Position numbers and translations under genes: made by a program. DNA of 64,000 nucleotides from an uncultured Lachnospiraceae bacterium (GTDB taxonomy: Bacteria > Bacillota > Clostridia > Lachnospirales > Lachnospiraceae): contig CACWKX010000002.1 of NCBI GenBank assembly GCA_902761585.1, forward strand, positions 52,512 through 116,511. Direction: 5' to 3'. Numbering within the stretch: the first letter of the stretch is position 1; each line of letters opens with the position of its first letter. The notes beneath the pieces were generated by a model that made no database searches, had not been told where the DNA came from, and saw only the letters and a program-made list of their open reading frames with translations. Below, piece by piece: positions 19,030 to 28,914 of the stretch.

Positions 19030-19071
19030 TTCAGAAACCGTTTTCAGAAGTTCAGAAACCGTTTTCAGAAG
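19030..19071. repeat. Perfect 21-bp tandem duplication
   Basis: ttcagaaaccgttttcagaag x2. Confidence 0.9.
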
Positions 19072-19339
19072 CTTCAGGCGCTGCTGCCTGCTCGGGCGCT
19101 GCTGTTTCCAGCCCGGAATCTGCTGCTGCCTGCTCGGGCGCTGCTGTTTCCGGCTCGGATTCTGACGCTGACAGACCGGAATCTGTCTCCGTCTCCGGAA
19201 CTTCATCATCCCGAAAGGCTGCCGCTGCCTTCTCCACCAGATATCTGGCGCGTTTCTTTGCGAGTCGGACTCCATAGGCAGCCACCCCTGCGGCGGCTGC
19301 AGCCACAAGAAGCGCTGCTCTTCTCTCAAGTCTTGTCAT
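19052..19339 (-). CDS. Small hypothetical protein: N-terminal hydrophobic helix, acidic repetitive tail
   Basis: 95 aa; AALLVAAAAAGVAAYG; ETAAPEQAAA twice; overlaps the upstream stop. Confidence 0.55.
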   Translation of the reverse strand: MTRLERRAALLVAAAAAGVAAYGVRLAKKRARYLVEKAAAAFRDDEVPETETDSGLSASESEPETAAPEQAAADSGLETAAPEQAAAPEASENGF

Positions 19340-20084
19340 GGTGAAATTCCTCCACTATCAGCGCTGCCGACTCCCGTACAACATAGTGCAGCTCCATCCA
19401 CGCATCCCCCGGAGCGTCGATCCCGCTAACGTCAGCATACCCGAGCTTGCGGGCTATACGAAGTGCTCTTGCTACATGAAAGTCGTTGGTGACGATTCCG
19501 CATCGGCCGGATGCGCAGCCGGTCATCCTGTCCGAGAACAGAAGGTTCTCCCTGGTTGTCGTCGACCTGTCTTCCAGGATCAGGCGGCTGTCCGGAATTC
19601 CCTTCTTCCTGAGATACCGGGCCATGCATAAAGCCTCTGTAATCTCTTCTCCGCTTCCTTTTCCGCCCGACAGGATCAGCCTTGCGTCGGGATTCTTTTC
19701 CGAAACCTCGGCGGCCTTGTCCAGTCTCCTTTTCAGCGCCCTCGACGGCTGGATCCCCTTCACCTGTGCGCCGAGCACAATGATATAGTCTGCCCCTTCG
19801 GGGTCCGGCAGATGCATGCCCGAAAGTACCGGCAGACAGAAGGCCGCCAGTGTGAGAAGCCCCGCACACAAAAGAGACACGTAGATTCTGTGGAGCGCAA
19901 TCGGGAACAGGCCGGGGTGTGATGCCGCGAGTCTGTCTCTTCCAAATACGAGCAGAAAAGCAGTGCCAAGCGCAATCCAGAACCATCCGAAATCCGCATC
20001 CGGTCCCGCATACACAGCGATCACGACATAATATCCCAGACACAGAAGCCCTGCTGCCAGCCAGCCGCCTGCCGCTCCGTTCAT
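19326..20084 (-). CDS. YdcF/ElyC/SanA (DUF218) family membrane protein
   Basis: YIIVLGA, LKRRLDKA, ILSGGKG, EDRSTTTRENL, VTNDFHVARA; start set at MNGAAG. Confidence 0.92.
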   Translation of the reverse strand: MNGAAGGWLAAGLLCLGYYVVIAVYAGPDADFGWFWIALGTAFLLVFGRDRLAASHPGLFPIALHRIYVSLLCAGLLTLAAFCLPVLSGMHLPDPEGADYIIVLGAQVKGIQPSRALKRRLDKAAEVSEKNPDARLILSGGKGSGEEITEALCMARYLRKKGIPDSRLILEDRSTTTRENLLFSDRMTGCASGRCGIVTNDFHVARALRIARKLGYADVSGIDAPGDAWMELHYVVRESAALIVEEFHHDKT

Positions 20085-20089
20085 GTGCC

Positions 20090-20641
20090 TTACTCGCCTC
20101 TGGCCGCGAGCAGCTCTTCCAGCTCCTTCTGCAGCTCCGGTGTCCGGCCATGGCAGAACTTGTACTTCTTTCCGCTGCCGCACGGGCACGGATCATTCCT
20201 TCCGATCTTTTTCGGCCTGACAATGGTATTCATCTTCTTGGCCTCAAGATACAGCTCCTTGCGTGTCTTCTCGTCAAAGATGGTCTTCCATTCTTCTAGA
20301 CCATACAGCCAGTCTGCCTTCGCATCGACCATGTTTTTGTAAAGAAGCACCTTGTCAAAGCCAAGATTGACTTCCGTATCCTCTTCCATGGTCTCGATCG
20401 GATTCTTCTCCTTCAGCGAGTCATTGATGCCGTCGAGGAACCCTGTCATTGTCTGAACAGTGACATCGTACTTCTGGGCCAGCTCCTTCACTGTTCCCTT
20501 CACGACATCGTCCGGTGCCTTCAGGAGCTGCTCATAGATCGCTTTTTCCTTCAGAAAATAATCGGACCAGAACTGCTGAAGCTTTTTCTTATCAGCCTGT
20601 GTATTGTACGCCACTGCACGCCAGTCATCCAAAAGTGCCAT
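20090..20641 (-). CDS. SEC-C motif protein
   Basis: C-terminal [21 protein letters not shown]; start MALLDD. Confidence 0.9.
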   Translation of the reverse strand: MALLDDWRAVAYNTQADKKKLQQFWSDYFLKEKAIYEQLLKAPDDVVKGTVKELAQKYDVTVQTMTGFLDGINDSLKEKNPIETMEEDTEVNLGFDKVLLYKNMVDAKADWLYGLEEWKTIFDEKTRKELYLEAKKMNTIVRPKKIGRNDPCPCGSGKKYKFCHGRTPELQKELEELLAARGE

Positions 20642-20879
20642 ATTGTTTCTCCTCAATCTCATCGAAAAATTGTCATCTCCCGCTTTCAGGGCGGCTTTTC
20701 ATCCCCTTGTATGCGGAGCCAGATGTACTGGGACAGTATATCGTATCAGCCATCCATTTTCAATGATATTCCGGAACAGCTGTGCTTTCCGGTCTGTATG
20801 TGATACACTCTGCTCATGCAAATGTGAAGTGATTTTCTAATAAACACGGCTTGAAAGTGAAAGGAGCTGATACATCACA

Positions 20880-21158
20880 ATGAAGAAGTTAAGACGAGTT
20901 CTCGCCCTGATCGGGGCGATTCTCCTGATCGGCATGTACCTCGCGACGATGCTGCTGGCTGTATTCGGCAATGCAGACTCGAAAGGCTGGCTCATGGCAT
21001 CCATCGTCATGACGGTGCTGATCCCGATCCTTCTCTATGCCATACAGCTGGTCGCAAGGGTGTTTTCCGGCAAAAATCAGAAAGAAGCCTTCCGCAAGGC
21101 CGAGGCTGAGCAGAAAGCTTCCGAAAATAAAGAAAATAAAACGGGCCGGCGGAAATAA
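20880..21158 (+). CDS. Small two-TM membrane protein
   Basis: AAGGAG SD, two hydrophobic segments, basic tail. Confidence 0.75.
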   Translation: MKKLRRVLALIGAILLIGMYLATMLLAVFGNADSKGWLMASIVMTVLIPILLYAIQLVARVFSGKNQKEAFRKAEAEQKASENKENKTGRRK

Positions 21159-21252
21159 ACCACGATGGCAGCGCGATGACAAATCGTTGACAAATCTTCA
21201 TGCAAGTCTTGAGAGAGACAGCAGCAGTCCGGCTGCGGTCATCTGCAGGGGT

Positions 21253-22269
21253 TTACCCTTCCTTCGTGATGCCATAGGAATAGATACAGTACCCGGCGGT
21301 CTCGCTGACAAGACGGCATCCTGCAACTTTCAGGAAGGAAGGATCAGCCTGAGACGGGCTGACAATCAGGTACTGCGTCCGGGTCTTCTTCATGGCTGCC
21401 TGAAAATCTTCGGTTGTGACACCCTCTGTTTTTCCCCGGCAGACATCGAGGATCAGCTTCCGCCTCCGGTACGCCGCAGATTTGCTCGTATATTGGATCC
21501 CCGTTGAGGTATTTCCCTCGTAGAACAGCCGCATGTTGCGGTTGAAGGTCAGTGTCACCCCAGGGTCATACTGCCGGACCTGAAATTCCAGTTCGGACGG
21601 GAATACACATCTCGGGAGCGTAAGGACATATGTCCTTGCGCCCTTTTTTGTATTGAGATCCAGTCCTTCCGCCCGTTCTTTCCAGTAACTGTACTGCTCA
21701 GACGTCTCGAAATCCTCATGGATAGCATCGCAGATCACCGGAATGGCACCCTGCACCTTGTAGACATTGTCCGGAAGTGTCAGGTGATAGCGGACTCCCG
21801 GATTCAGCGGCATGAGCAGGATGATGCCAGCCGCCGCCAGGGCAAAAACCGCTGAGCGGAGCAACTTTTTCCCGGACAGAAAAATCAGCTCCGTCAGATA
21901 AAAGGCAGCCGCCGGGATCAGCGGGAACGCCCAGAACATCCGATAATATACTGTTGTCATCCCGAGCCTTGGCACCAGCTTTCTGACCAGAAACGGATTG
22001 TAAACCGTCAGTGCCAGCATGACAAGGAGTGTCCAGTTCATCCATGTGACCGGACCGATCCCGTAAACCGCTCCGGATGAATCCGTCTTTTTTGCCACAT
22101 CATTCATCCCGTCCGCTCTCATCATCCTTCTGCTGCAGATGATGATCAGTGCGCTGACAATCATTCCGGCAAGACAGAAAACGGCAACCTCCCAGCTCTG
22201 GCCCACATATTTTCTGAAGCATTCCATGACAAAAGACAGGCCTGCCCCTGAGACTGTGATCCCTTCCAT
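21253..22269 (-). CDS. Membrane protein with a C-terminal soluble domain (DUF6077-associated)
   Basis: Several TM segments (YYRMFWAFP), then a hydrophilic domain with LEFQVRQYD and TQYLIV; downstream of the DUF6077-like gene. Confidence 0.6.
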   Translation of the reverse strand: MEGITVSGAGLSFVMECFRKYVGQSWEVAVFCLAGMIVSALIIICSRRMMRADGMNDVAKKTDSSGAVYGIGPVTWMNWTLLVMLALTVYNPFLVRKLVPRLGMTTVYYRMFWAFPLIPAAAFYLTELIFLSGKKLLRSAVFALAAAGIILLMPLNPGVRYHLTLPDNVYKVQGAIPVICDAIHEDFETSEQYSYWKERAEGLDLNTKKGARTYVLTLPRCVFPSELEFQVRQYDPGVTLTFNRNMRLFYEGNTSTGIQYTSKSAAYRRRKLILDVCRGKTEGVTTEDFQAAMKKTRTQYLIVSPSQADPSFLKVAGCRLVSETAGYCIYSYGITKEG

Positions 22270-22285
22270 TGAAATCGTCCTCCCC

Positions 22286-23428
22286 TCATCTGTATGCTGC
22301 CAGAATAAATACCCGGCGTGAATTCAGGATATAAAGCCCGGCCCACACCAGAAATGGAAGCTCCGCCAGAAACAGACGCAGCAGCATGTTCCATTTTTTC
22401 GAATACACGGAATAGGGAAGCAGTGCTGCAGCGGCCATCAGAGCCGGCACCGAGACACTCGCGGAAAAACAGACGCCTGCCAGAAGAAGGAAAAACAGGT
22501 TCTCGAATACATACCGCTGCTCTCCGGCGTCCTCCGGAATTCCCCTGTAGACGGCCACACAGGCTGCCGCTGCCAAAGGCACGACCATATTGACAATCAG
22601 GTGCTTTCCCTCAAAAGTCCGTGTGAACAGGAAGGTTCCGGGCATGTAGATGGTTGCGGAGAACAGGTTCAGCAGAAGCAGCAGGATCGTAAAGACATCT
22701 GTTTTCCGGTTCTGCCGCACATATACCTGATCGCCCATCCGGCCAGTCTCTTCCAGCGTCAGATTTCTGTCCGCTTTTTGTACAAACAGGATCCGCCCCA
22801 GCTTGTAATATGCAAGGCAGCTTACAAGCGCATTGATCACACTCATCACGCTGCGCGCTGCAACAATCGCCGGGATATGGAACAGATCTGCGACGACCGC
22901 ATTGTGAATCGGGTACAGGGCATAGGCATACCTGGGGTTGATCGCCTTCAGGAGCCGTCCATTTGTCGGATCAAAGCGTCCGATGGTGTTGGTGTAGAGG
23001 GCTGTCGAGGCCATTCCGACATAGAAGTCGGAATCCGCCGAATCGTCTGTATAGATCAATGCGAAGAAGCAGACCGCCAGCGTCAGCACGATTACGACAG
23101 CCAGCAGCCATCCATGGGCTCTGATCCGGCTCTTCAGGCTGCGAAGCCTGAAAACCCAGTTCCGGCAGCAGTAAACCACCCCTCCCAGCATAAGAGCTGT
23201 TCCGGCGGTCATCATGATCACCGACAGGCGGCTGAGCGGTGCCAGCGTCACTTCACAGGCCAGACAAATCACCTCAAACAGTGAGAAATAAACCACGTAC
23301 CCGAGAAGCAGCGCTCCGGACAGAGAGAAGTCCCTCTTTCCCCTCATCTTCTGGATGATAGACCCTGTGCAGAGAAACAGAAAACAGAGCACGAAGGCTG
23401 CAAGTGCTGCAAGCAAAGCAATTTTCAT
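22286..23428 (-). CDS. Polytopic membrane protein, DUF6077-like (possible GT-C-type fold)
   Basis: ~10 TM segments; DDSADSDFYVGMA acidic loop, FLFTRTFEGK. Confidence 0.6.
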   Translation of the reverse strand: MKIALLAALAAFVLCFLFLCTGSIIQKMRGKRDFSLSGALLLGYVVYFSLFEVICLACEVTLAPLSRLSVIMMTAGTALMLGGVVYCCRNWVFRLRSLKSRIRAHGWLLAVVIVLTLAVCFFALIYTDDSADSDFYVGMASTALYTNTIGRFDPTNGRLLKAINPRYAYALYPIHNAVVADLFHIPAIVAARSVMSVINALVSCLAYYKLGRILFVQKADRNLTLEETGRMGDQVYVRQNRKTDVFTILLLLLNLFSATIYMPGTFLFTRTFEGKHLIVNMVVPLAAAACVAVYRGIPEDAGEQRYVFENLFFLLLAGVCFSASVSVPALMAAAALLPYSVYSKKWNMLLRLFLAELPFLVWAGLYILNSRRVFILAAYR

Positions 23429-23490
23429 TCAAATCCTCCTGTCAACCAAGGAGAGCTGATTCACTCTGACCTCCTCGATACGGCGACTCC

Positions 23491-23531
23491 GCCATCATCT
23501 CGTGCTCCGCACCCGATGATGTGCGGTTGCC
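23491..23531. repeat. Dispersed 41-bp intergenic repeat, copy B
   Basis: 36/41 identical to 6408-6448, no gaps. Confidence 0.85.
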
Positions 23532-23537
23532 ATCATC

Positions 23538-23576
23538 AAAAAAGCCCCACAGCAAAGCTGGACTGCGGAGCTTTTT
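23538..23576 (-). terminator. Terminator after purA
   Basis: Imperfect stem flanked by A-run and T-run. Confidence 0.65.
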
Positions 23577-23613
23577 CTCAGGTGCTGCCCGGCTCAGACC
23601 CGGCAGCCGTATC

Positions 23614-24906
23614 TCATTTTTTCAGCGGACTGTCGCGGTAGATGATGTCATCGCGTCCAGGGCCGTTGGAAACCATTGTGATCGGATACCCGATCTGGCT
23701 TTCGATGAATTCCACATAGTTTCTGCACTTTTCCGGCAGATCCTCATACTTTTTAATGCCGCGGATGTCGCACTTCCAGCCCGGCATCTTCTTCCACACC
23801 GGCTTTGCCTTTCTCAGCGTCGGTGTCGTTGGGAAATCTGTCGTCTGTTTTCCATCGATCTCATAGGCAACACAGACAGGAATCTCATCCAGGTATCCCA
23901 GATCATCCAGAACGGTGAACGCGACATCGGTTGCACCCTGGAGTCTGCAGCCATACCGGGAAGCCACACAGTCGTACCAGCCGACTCTTCTCGGTCTGCC
24001 GGTCGTCGCGCCGAACTCGCCGCCGTCTCCGCCTCTTCTGCGAAGCTCGTCTGCCTCATCCCCGAAGATCTCGGAGACAAACTCTCCTGCGCCGACTGCG
24101 CTTGAATAGGCCTTCGAAACAGTGATGATCCTGGAAATTTCGTACGGCGCAATCCCTGCACCAATTGCCCCGTAGCCGGCCAGCGTCGGGGAGGAGGTCA
24201 CCATCGGATAGATGCCCTGATCCGGATCCTTCATCGTCCCGAGCTGTCCTTCAAGAAGAATGGTCTTTCCGTCACGGATCGCGTTCTCAAGGAAAGTCGC
24301 TGTGTCCGCCACATACGGCCTTACCATATCTCTGTACGAATGAAGCTCGCGAAGCAGTCCCTCATGTGTGAGCGGTTCTCTGTGGTACAGATTCACGAGG
24401 AGCGCATTCTTGATCGGAAGGATATGGTCGATCCGGTCATTCAGGATGTCGTCATCGAACAACTCGCAGACCTGGAACCCGATCTTTGCATACTTATCCG
24501 AGAAAAATGGAGCAATCCCGGACTTGGTGGATCCGAAGGACTTTCCCCCCAGACGTTCCTCCTCACACTGGTCGAACAGGATGTGGTAGCTCATCACGAC
24601 CTGTGCCCTGTCAGAAATCAGCAGCTTCGGTGTCGGCACGCCCTTCGACGTGATGTCCTCAATCTCCTTCACCACGAGCGGAATGTTAAGCGCAACACCA
24701 TTTCCAAGCACATTGGTGATCTCCGGATGGCAGACCCCGCTCGGCAGCGTGTGAAGAGCGAACTTTCCATACTTGTTCACAATCGTGTGACCGGCGTTCG
24801 CGCCGCCCTGATAGCGGACAACGATATCCGCCTTGTTCGCGAGGACGTCGACAATCTTGCCCTTCCCCTCGTCACCCCAGTTTGCGCCGACAACTGCCTG
24901 TACCAT
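23614..24906 (-). CDS. purA: Adenylosuccinate synthetase
   Basis: GANWGDEGKGK, RYQGGANAGHT, GATTGRPRRVGW; start MVQAVV. Confidence 0.98.
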   Translation of the reverse strand: MVQAVVGANWGDEGKGKIVDVLANKADIVVRYQGGANAGHTIVNKYGKFALHTLPSGVCHPEITNVLGNGVALNIPLVVKEIEDITSKGVPTPKLLISDRAQVVMSYHILFDQCEEERLGGKSFGSTKSGIAPFFSDKYAKIGFQVCELFDDDILNDRIDHILPIKNALLVNLYHREPLTHEGLLRELHSYRDMVRPYVADTATFLENAIRDGKTILLEGQLGTMKDPDQGIYPMVTSSPTLAGYGAIGAGIAPYEISRIITVSKAYSSAVGAGEFVSEIFGDEADELRRRGGDGGEFGATTGRPRRVGWYDCVASRYGCRLQGATDVAFTVLDDLGYLDEIPVCVAYEIDGKQTTDFPTTPTLRKAKPVWKKMPGWKCDIRGIKKYEDLPEKCRNYVEFIESQIGYPITMVSNGPGRDDIIYRDSPLKK

Positions 24907-24997
24907 ATTCTTTCCTCCTGTGATGGTTCCCCGGTTCTGCATGCGGGGAAACACTGTGTTTGTATGTCCGCAGCAAGGCTGCACGGTCATCGGAGAC

Positions 24998-26434
24998 TTA
25001 TACCTCGATGTCCGCCTGTTCGACTACGCTACCTGCATATTTCTGAAGTCTCGGCCGCACAATGTCTCTGAGATAGACCTCGACCTGACGCGGTGCACAG
25101 CCGACATACTTCTTCGGATCCATCGACTTCTCCAGTTTCTCCGCATCAAGATGGAACATCGGATCCGCCGCAATCAGCTCAAGCAGGTTGTTCGGTTTTC
25201 CGTCCTCCTTGACCCTGCGGCCGGCCTTCATGGACAGCTCCCGGATCCGCTCGTGTACTTCCTGACGGTCGCCGCCAGCCTTGACGGCATCCATCATAAT
25301 ATTCTCCGTCGCCATGAACGGCAGTTCCTCCCGCAGATGCTTCTCAATGACCTTCGGGTATACCTTCAGCCCGTCCGTAATGTTCAGGCACAGATCCAGG
25401 ATCCCATCGATGGCAAGAAAGCCCTCCGCAATGGATATCCGCTTATTCGCCGAGTCATCGAGCGTGCGCTCAAACCACTGGACCGAGCTTGTAATCGCCG
25501 GGTTCAGCGCATCGCAGATGACATAGCGTGAGAGGGAGCAGATGCGCTCGGAGCGCATCGGGTTTCTCTTGTACGCCATGGCGCTTGAGCCGATCTGGCT
25601 CTTCTCAAAGGGCTCCTCGATCTCCTTGGCATGCTGAAGCAGCCGGATGTCCGTCGCCATCTTGTGTGCACTCTGGGCAATTCCTGCCAGCACGTTCAGC
25701 ACCCTGGAGTCGACCTTTCTCGAGTAGGTCTGTCCGGACACCGGATAGCATCCTGAAAATCCCATCTTTTCGGCGATCTTCGGATCGATCTGGTCGATCT
25801 TCTCGTCATCTCCTCCAAACAGCTCCCGGAAGGATGCCTGCGTCCCCGTCGTACCCTTGCACCCGAGAAGCTTCAGGGTGGAGGAAACATACTCCAGGTC
25901 ATCCAGATCCATCATGAATTCATTGATCCAGAGAGTTGCCCGCTTGCCCACTGTCGTCGGCTGCGCCGGCTGGTAGTGCGTGTAGGCAAGGGTCGGAAGA
26001 TCCTTGTACGCATCCGCGAATTTTGCCAGCAGGTCGATCACCCCCGCCAGCTTGCTGCGGACCAGCTCAAGGGCCTCTTTCATAATGATGATATCGGTAT
26101 TGTCTCCGACATAGCAGGATGTCGCGCCAAGATGGATGATGCCCTTCGCCTTCGGGCACTGGAGACCATAGGCATACACGTGGCTCATGACATCGTGCCG
26201 CACGATGCGCTCCCGCGCCTCGGCATCCTTGTAATTGATCTCATCCTGATGCGCCTTGAGCTCCGCGATCTGCTCGTCGGTAATATTCAGCCCGAGCTCC
26301 TTCTCTGTCTCCGCAAGCGCAACCCACAGCCTTCTCCAGGTGCGGAACTTCTTCTCCTGTGAGAACAGGTACTGCATCTCCCTGCTTGCATAGCGCCTGG
26401 AAAGCGGGCTTACGTAGCTGTCATATTCACTCAT
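24998..26434 (-). CDS. purB: Adenylosuccinate lyase
   Basis: RHDVMSH, GSSAMAYKRNP signature. Confidence 0.98.
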   Translation of the reverse strand: MSEYDSYVSPLSRRYASREMQYLFSQEKKFRTWRRLWVALAETEKELGLNITDEQIAELKAHQDEINYKDAEARERIVRHDVMSHVYAYGLQCPKAKGIIHLGATSCYVGDNTDIIIMKEALELVRSKLAGVIDLLAKFADAYKDLPTLAYTHYQPAQPTTVGKRATLWINEFMMDLDDLEYVSSTLKLLGCKGTTGTQASFRELFGGDDEKIDQIDPKIAEKMGFSGCYPVSGQTYSRKVDSRVLNVLAGIAQSAHKMATDIRLLQHAKEIEEPFEKSQIGSSAMAYKRNPMRSERICSLSRYVICDALNPAITSSVQWFERTLDDSANKRISIAEGFLAIDGILDLCLNITDGLKVYPKVIEKHLREELPFMATENIMMDAVKAGGDRQEVHERIRELSMKAGRRVKEDGKPNNLLELIAADPMFHLDAEKLEKSMDPKKYVGCAPRQVEVYLRDIVRPRLQKYAGSVVEQADIEV

Positions 26435-26452
26435 ATCGGCCTCCTGACCCCA

Positions 26453-27925
26453 TTACTTGTCGTAGCTTCCGCGAATATCCTCTGTCGGCGGCTGAACCGG
26501 GTAGCTGCCGGTAAAGCACCCATTGCAGACCGGCAGTCCTCCTGTCAGCTCTGCCAGCCGGTCGATTGACAGATAAGCGAGGCTGTCCGCCCCGATGATG
26601 GAACGAATCTCCTCCACATCCCGTCCAAAGGCGATCAGCTGCTCCCTGTCCGGGATGTCGGTTCCGAAATAGCAGGGATAGAGGAACGGCGGGCTGGACA
26701 CACGCATGTGAACCTCTGTCGCTCCGGCTTCCCTCAGCATCCGGACAATGCGGTCTGAAGTGGTCCCCCGGACGATGGAATCGTCCACCATGACGATCCG
26801 TTTGCCCTCGACCGCAGGTCTGAGCGGATTCAGCTTGACCTGAACCGCCGACTCCCTGGCATGCTGTCTGGGCTTGATGAAGGTTCGGCCAATGTAGCTG
26901 TTCTTGTAGAATCCCTGTCCATACGGAATTCCGGACGCCATGCTGAATCCCAGCGCGGCGATGTTGCCGGACTCCGGCACACCGATGACCAGATCCGCAT
27001 CCACCGGGCTGTCCATCGCGAGATACTTGCCAGCAAGAATTCTTGAATTATAGACGCTGACGTGGTCAATCTCGGAGTCAGGTCTTCCGAAATAAATATA
27101 CTCGAACACGCACCTTGCGGTCTTGCTGGACCGGATGCAGTGGCTTCGGTCTGAATGGATGCCGAACCTCGGAGAAATTGTCACAATCTCACCTGGCTCC
27201 ACATCGCGCACATACTCCGCACCGATCGCGTCGAGCGCACAGGTTTCGGATGCCAGGATGTACGCCTTTCCCCTCTTCCCGATACAGAGCGGCCTGAAGC
27301 CGAACGGATCCCGGGCCCCGATCAGCTTTCTCGGGGACATAATCACCAGGGAATATGCACCCTTCAGCTTGTCCATCGCCCTCGATACCGCCTCCTCGAC
27401 GCTGGCCGTGTCTACCCTGGCTCTCGCGACATGGTAGGCGATGATCTCAGAGTCAATCGTTGTCTGGAAAATGGCGCCGGTCCGCGCAAGCTCCCGCTTC
27501 AGCTCCGGTGCATTGACCAGGTTTCCGTTGTGGGCAAGCGCCAGCGTTCCCTTGATATAGTTGAGAACAAGCGGCTGCGCATTCTCGATGGTGCTCTGCC
27601 CGGCTGTCGAATACCGGACATGTCCGACACCGATGTTGCCTTTGAGTCCCTCGAGGCTCTCCGCGTTGAAATTCTCGTTCACCAGTCCCATGCCCCTCCG
27701 GCTTCGGACTGCTCCCTTCGGACCGTCTGTGTCACTGACCGCAATCCCGCAGCTCTCCTGTCCCCTGTGCTGCAGGGCAAGAAGGCCATAATAGATGGTC
27801 GGCGCCACCTGTTCCTCGCCGGAGAAATCATAGATACCGAAGACACCGCATTCCTCGCGGGGGCTGTCTGAAAGCTCCTGTGTACTGAAAATTCCAGTCT
27901 CCTTCTTATCCGTCCGTTCTTCCAA
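26453..27925 (-). CDS. purF: Amidophosphoribosyltransferase
   Basis: EECGVFG, QHRGQES, GHVRYST, VMVDDSIVRGTT; TTG start at 27925 behind a GAGGAG SD. Confidence 0.97.
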   Translation of the reverse strand: MEERTDKKETGIFSTQELSDSPREECGVFGIYDFSGEEQVAPTIYYGLLALQHRGQESCGIAVSDTDGPKGAVRSRRGMGLVNENFNAESLEGLKGNIGVGHVRYSTAGQSTIENAQPLVLNYIKGTLALAHNGNLVNAPELKRELARTGAIFQTTIDSEIIAYHVARARVDTASVEEAVSRAMDKLKGAYSLVIMSPRKLIGARDPFGFRPLCIGKRGKAYILASETCALDAIGAEYVRDVEPGEIVTISPRFGIHSDRSHCIRSSKTARCVFEYIYFGRPDSEIDHVSVYNSRILAGKYLAMDSPVDADLVIGVPESGNIAALGFSMASGIPYGQGFYKNSYIGRTFIKPRQHARESAVQVKLNPLRPAVEGKRIVMVDDSIVRGTTSDRIVRMLREAGATEVHMRVSSPPFLYPCYFGTDIPDREQLIAFGRDVEEIRSIIGADSLAYLSIDRLAELTGGLPVCNGCFTGSYPVQPPTEDIRGSYDK

Positions 27926-27994
27926 AGACCCCTCTCCTCTCAAGAAGCAAGCCGATCTGTCAGCCCGCCGGAACAGTCCCGGCACGCGCGGTTC

Positions 27995-28023
27995 ATTATA
28001 GAACAAAGGAATGGGACACGCAA
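27995..28023 (-). promoter_or_regulatory. sigma-A promoter of purF-purB-purA
   Basis: TTGCGT-N17-TATAAT overlapping the end of the upstream gene. Confidence 0.6.
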
Positions 28024-28814
28024 GCCTGTGCCCTTCTGTATGCGGCAAACAAAGCTTCCGCCGCTGCGGCCAGGTCTTCGTCCTCCCGTGTCCTGGAGCG
28101 CACCCGCTCCAGGACATCCTGCGCCAGCTTTGCGTTCATTTTCTGCACTTCTCCTGCCCAGACCGCATCAACCCCCAGCTTCCGGAGCTGTTCCTGGTAG
28201 GCTTCCTGTGACATGAAAAACGGAAGCACGCTGATGTACTTTCTCATCAGTTCTCTGGAATGCCCGAGCCGCTCGCCGTTCAGAAAGCATTCCGCTGCTT
28301 CCCGGAAACGGAATGCCTGCGCACAGGCGCTTCCGAGGTTGTTCCAGACAGCCTCCAGAAAACCTGTGCGGAGCTTTCCCGCCGACCCGCCGTCCAGAAT
28401 CCGCCTGTAGATCGTGCAGGCGGCTGCATTTTTCCCGCAGGAAAGAAGGTAGTCCGCCTTCATCTTCGCATTCTCCTCCTCCGGGCGGACCTGTGCCTCC
28501 ATGAGCTTCTTTCGGACGCGCCTGAGCTCGTCCTGCTGCAGATAGCCGGTCTGGGCAAAGATGGGCATGACGAAATAGGTCACATCATGGTCCGGACGCT
28601 GAAGAGCCTCCCTGAGCCTGTGGCCGAGCTGCCTGAGATCAAGCTCCTCGCTGACCCAGTCCGCCAGACGCTCATTGACGATCGACTCATCAATCAGACA
28701 CAGATTGCGGTGCAGAAAAAAACAAAGCTCCTCAATCGTCCAGATTCTGATCTGCACGCTCTCAATCAGGTAGGGGTGCTCTGCTGTCCTGACAGTACAT
28801 AGATCGAAAGCCAT
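27996..28814 (-). CDS. Conserved hypothetical helical/TPR-like protein
   Basis: IWTIEELCFFL, AVWNNLGSACAQAFRFREAAECF (TPR-like); start MAFDLC behind GGAGG. Confidence 0.7.
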   Translation of the reverse strand: MAFDLCTVRTAEHPYLIESVQIRIWTIEELCFFLHRNLCLIDESIVNERLADWVSEELDLRQLGHRLREALQRPDHDVTYFVMPIFAQTGYLQQDELRRVRKKLMEAQVRPEEENAKMKADYLLSCGKNAAACTIYRRILDGGSAGKLRTGFLEAVWNNLGSACAQAFRFREAAECFLNGERLGHSRELMRKYISVLPFFMSQEAYQEQLRKLGVDAVWAGEVQKMNAKLAQDVLERVRSRTREDEDLAAAAEALFAAYRRAQACVSHSFVL

Positions 28815-28914
28815 CACGATTCCTCCCGTAGTAAGCCTGGCAGGCTTTATCTCCGCAGAACTGCCTGCCAGACGTCTGCGCGTTCCCTGCCCTGCGCAGG
28901 CTCGGCAGCTGCTG

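Noticed and set aside
27926-27994. Purine or ZTP riboswitch upstream of purF
   Set aside because: The leader is only ~70 nt and shows no recognisable aptamer consensus.
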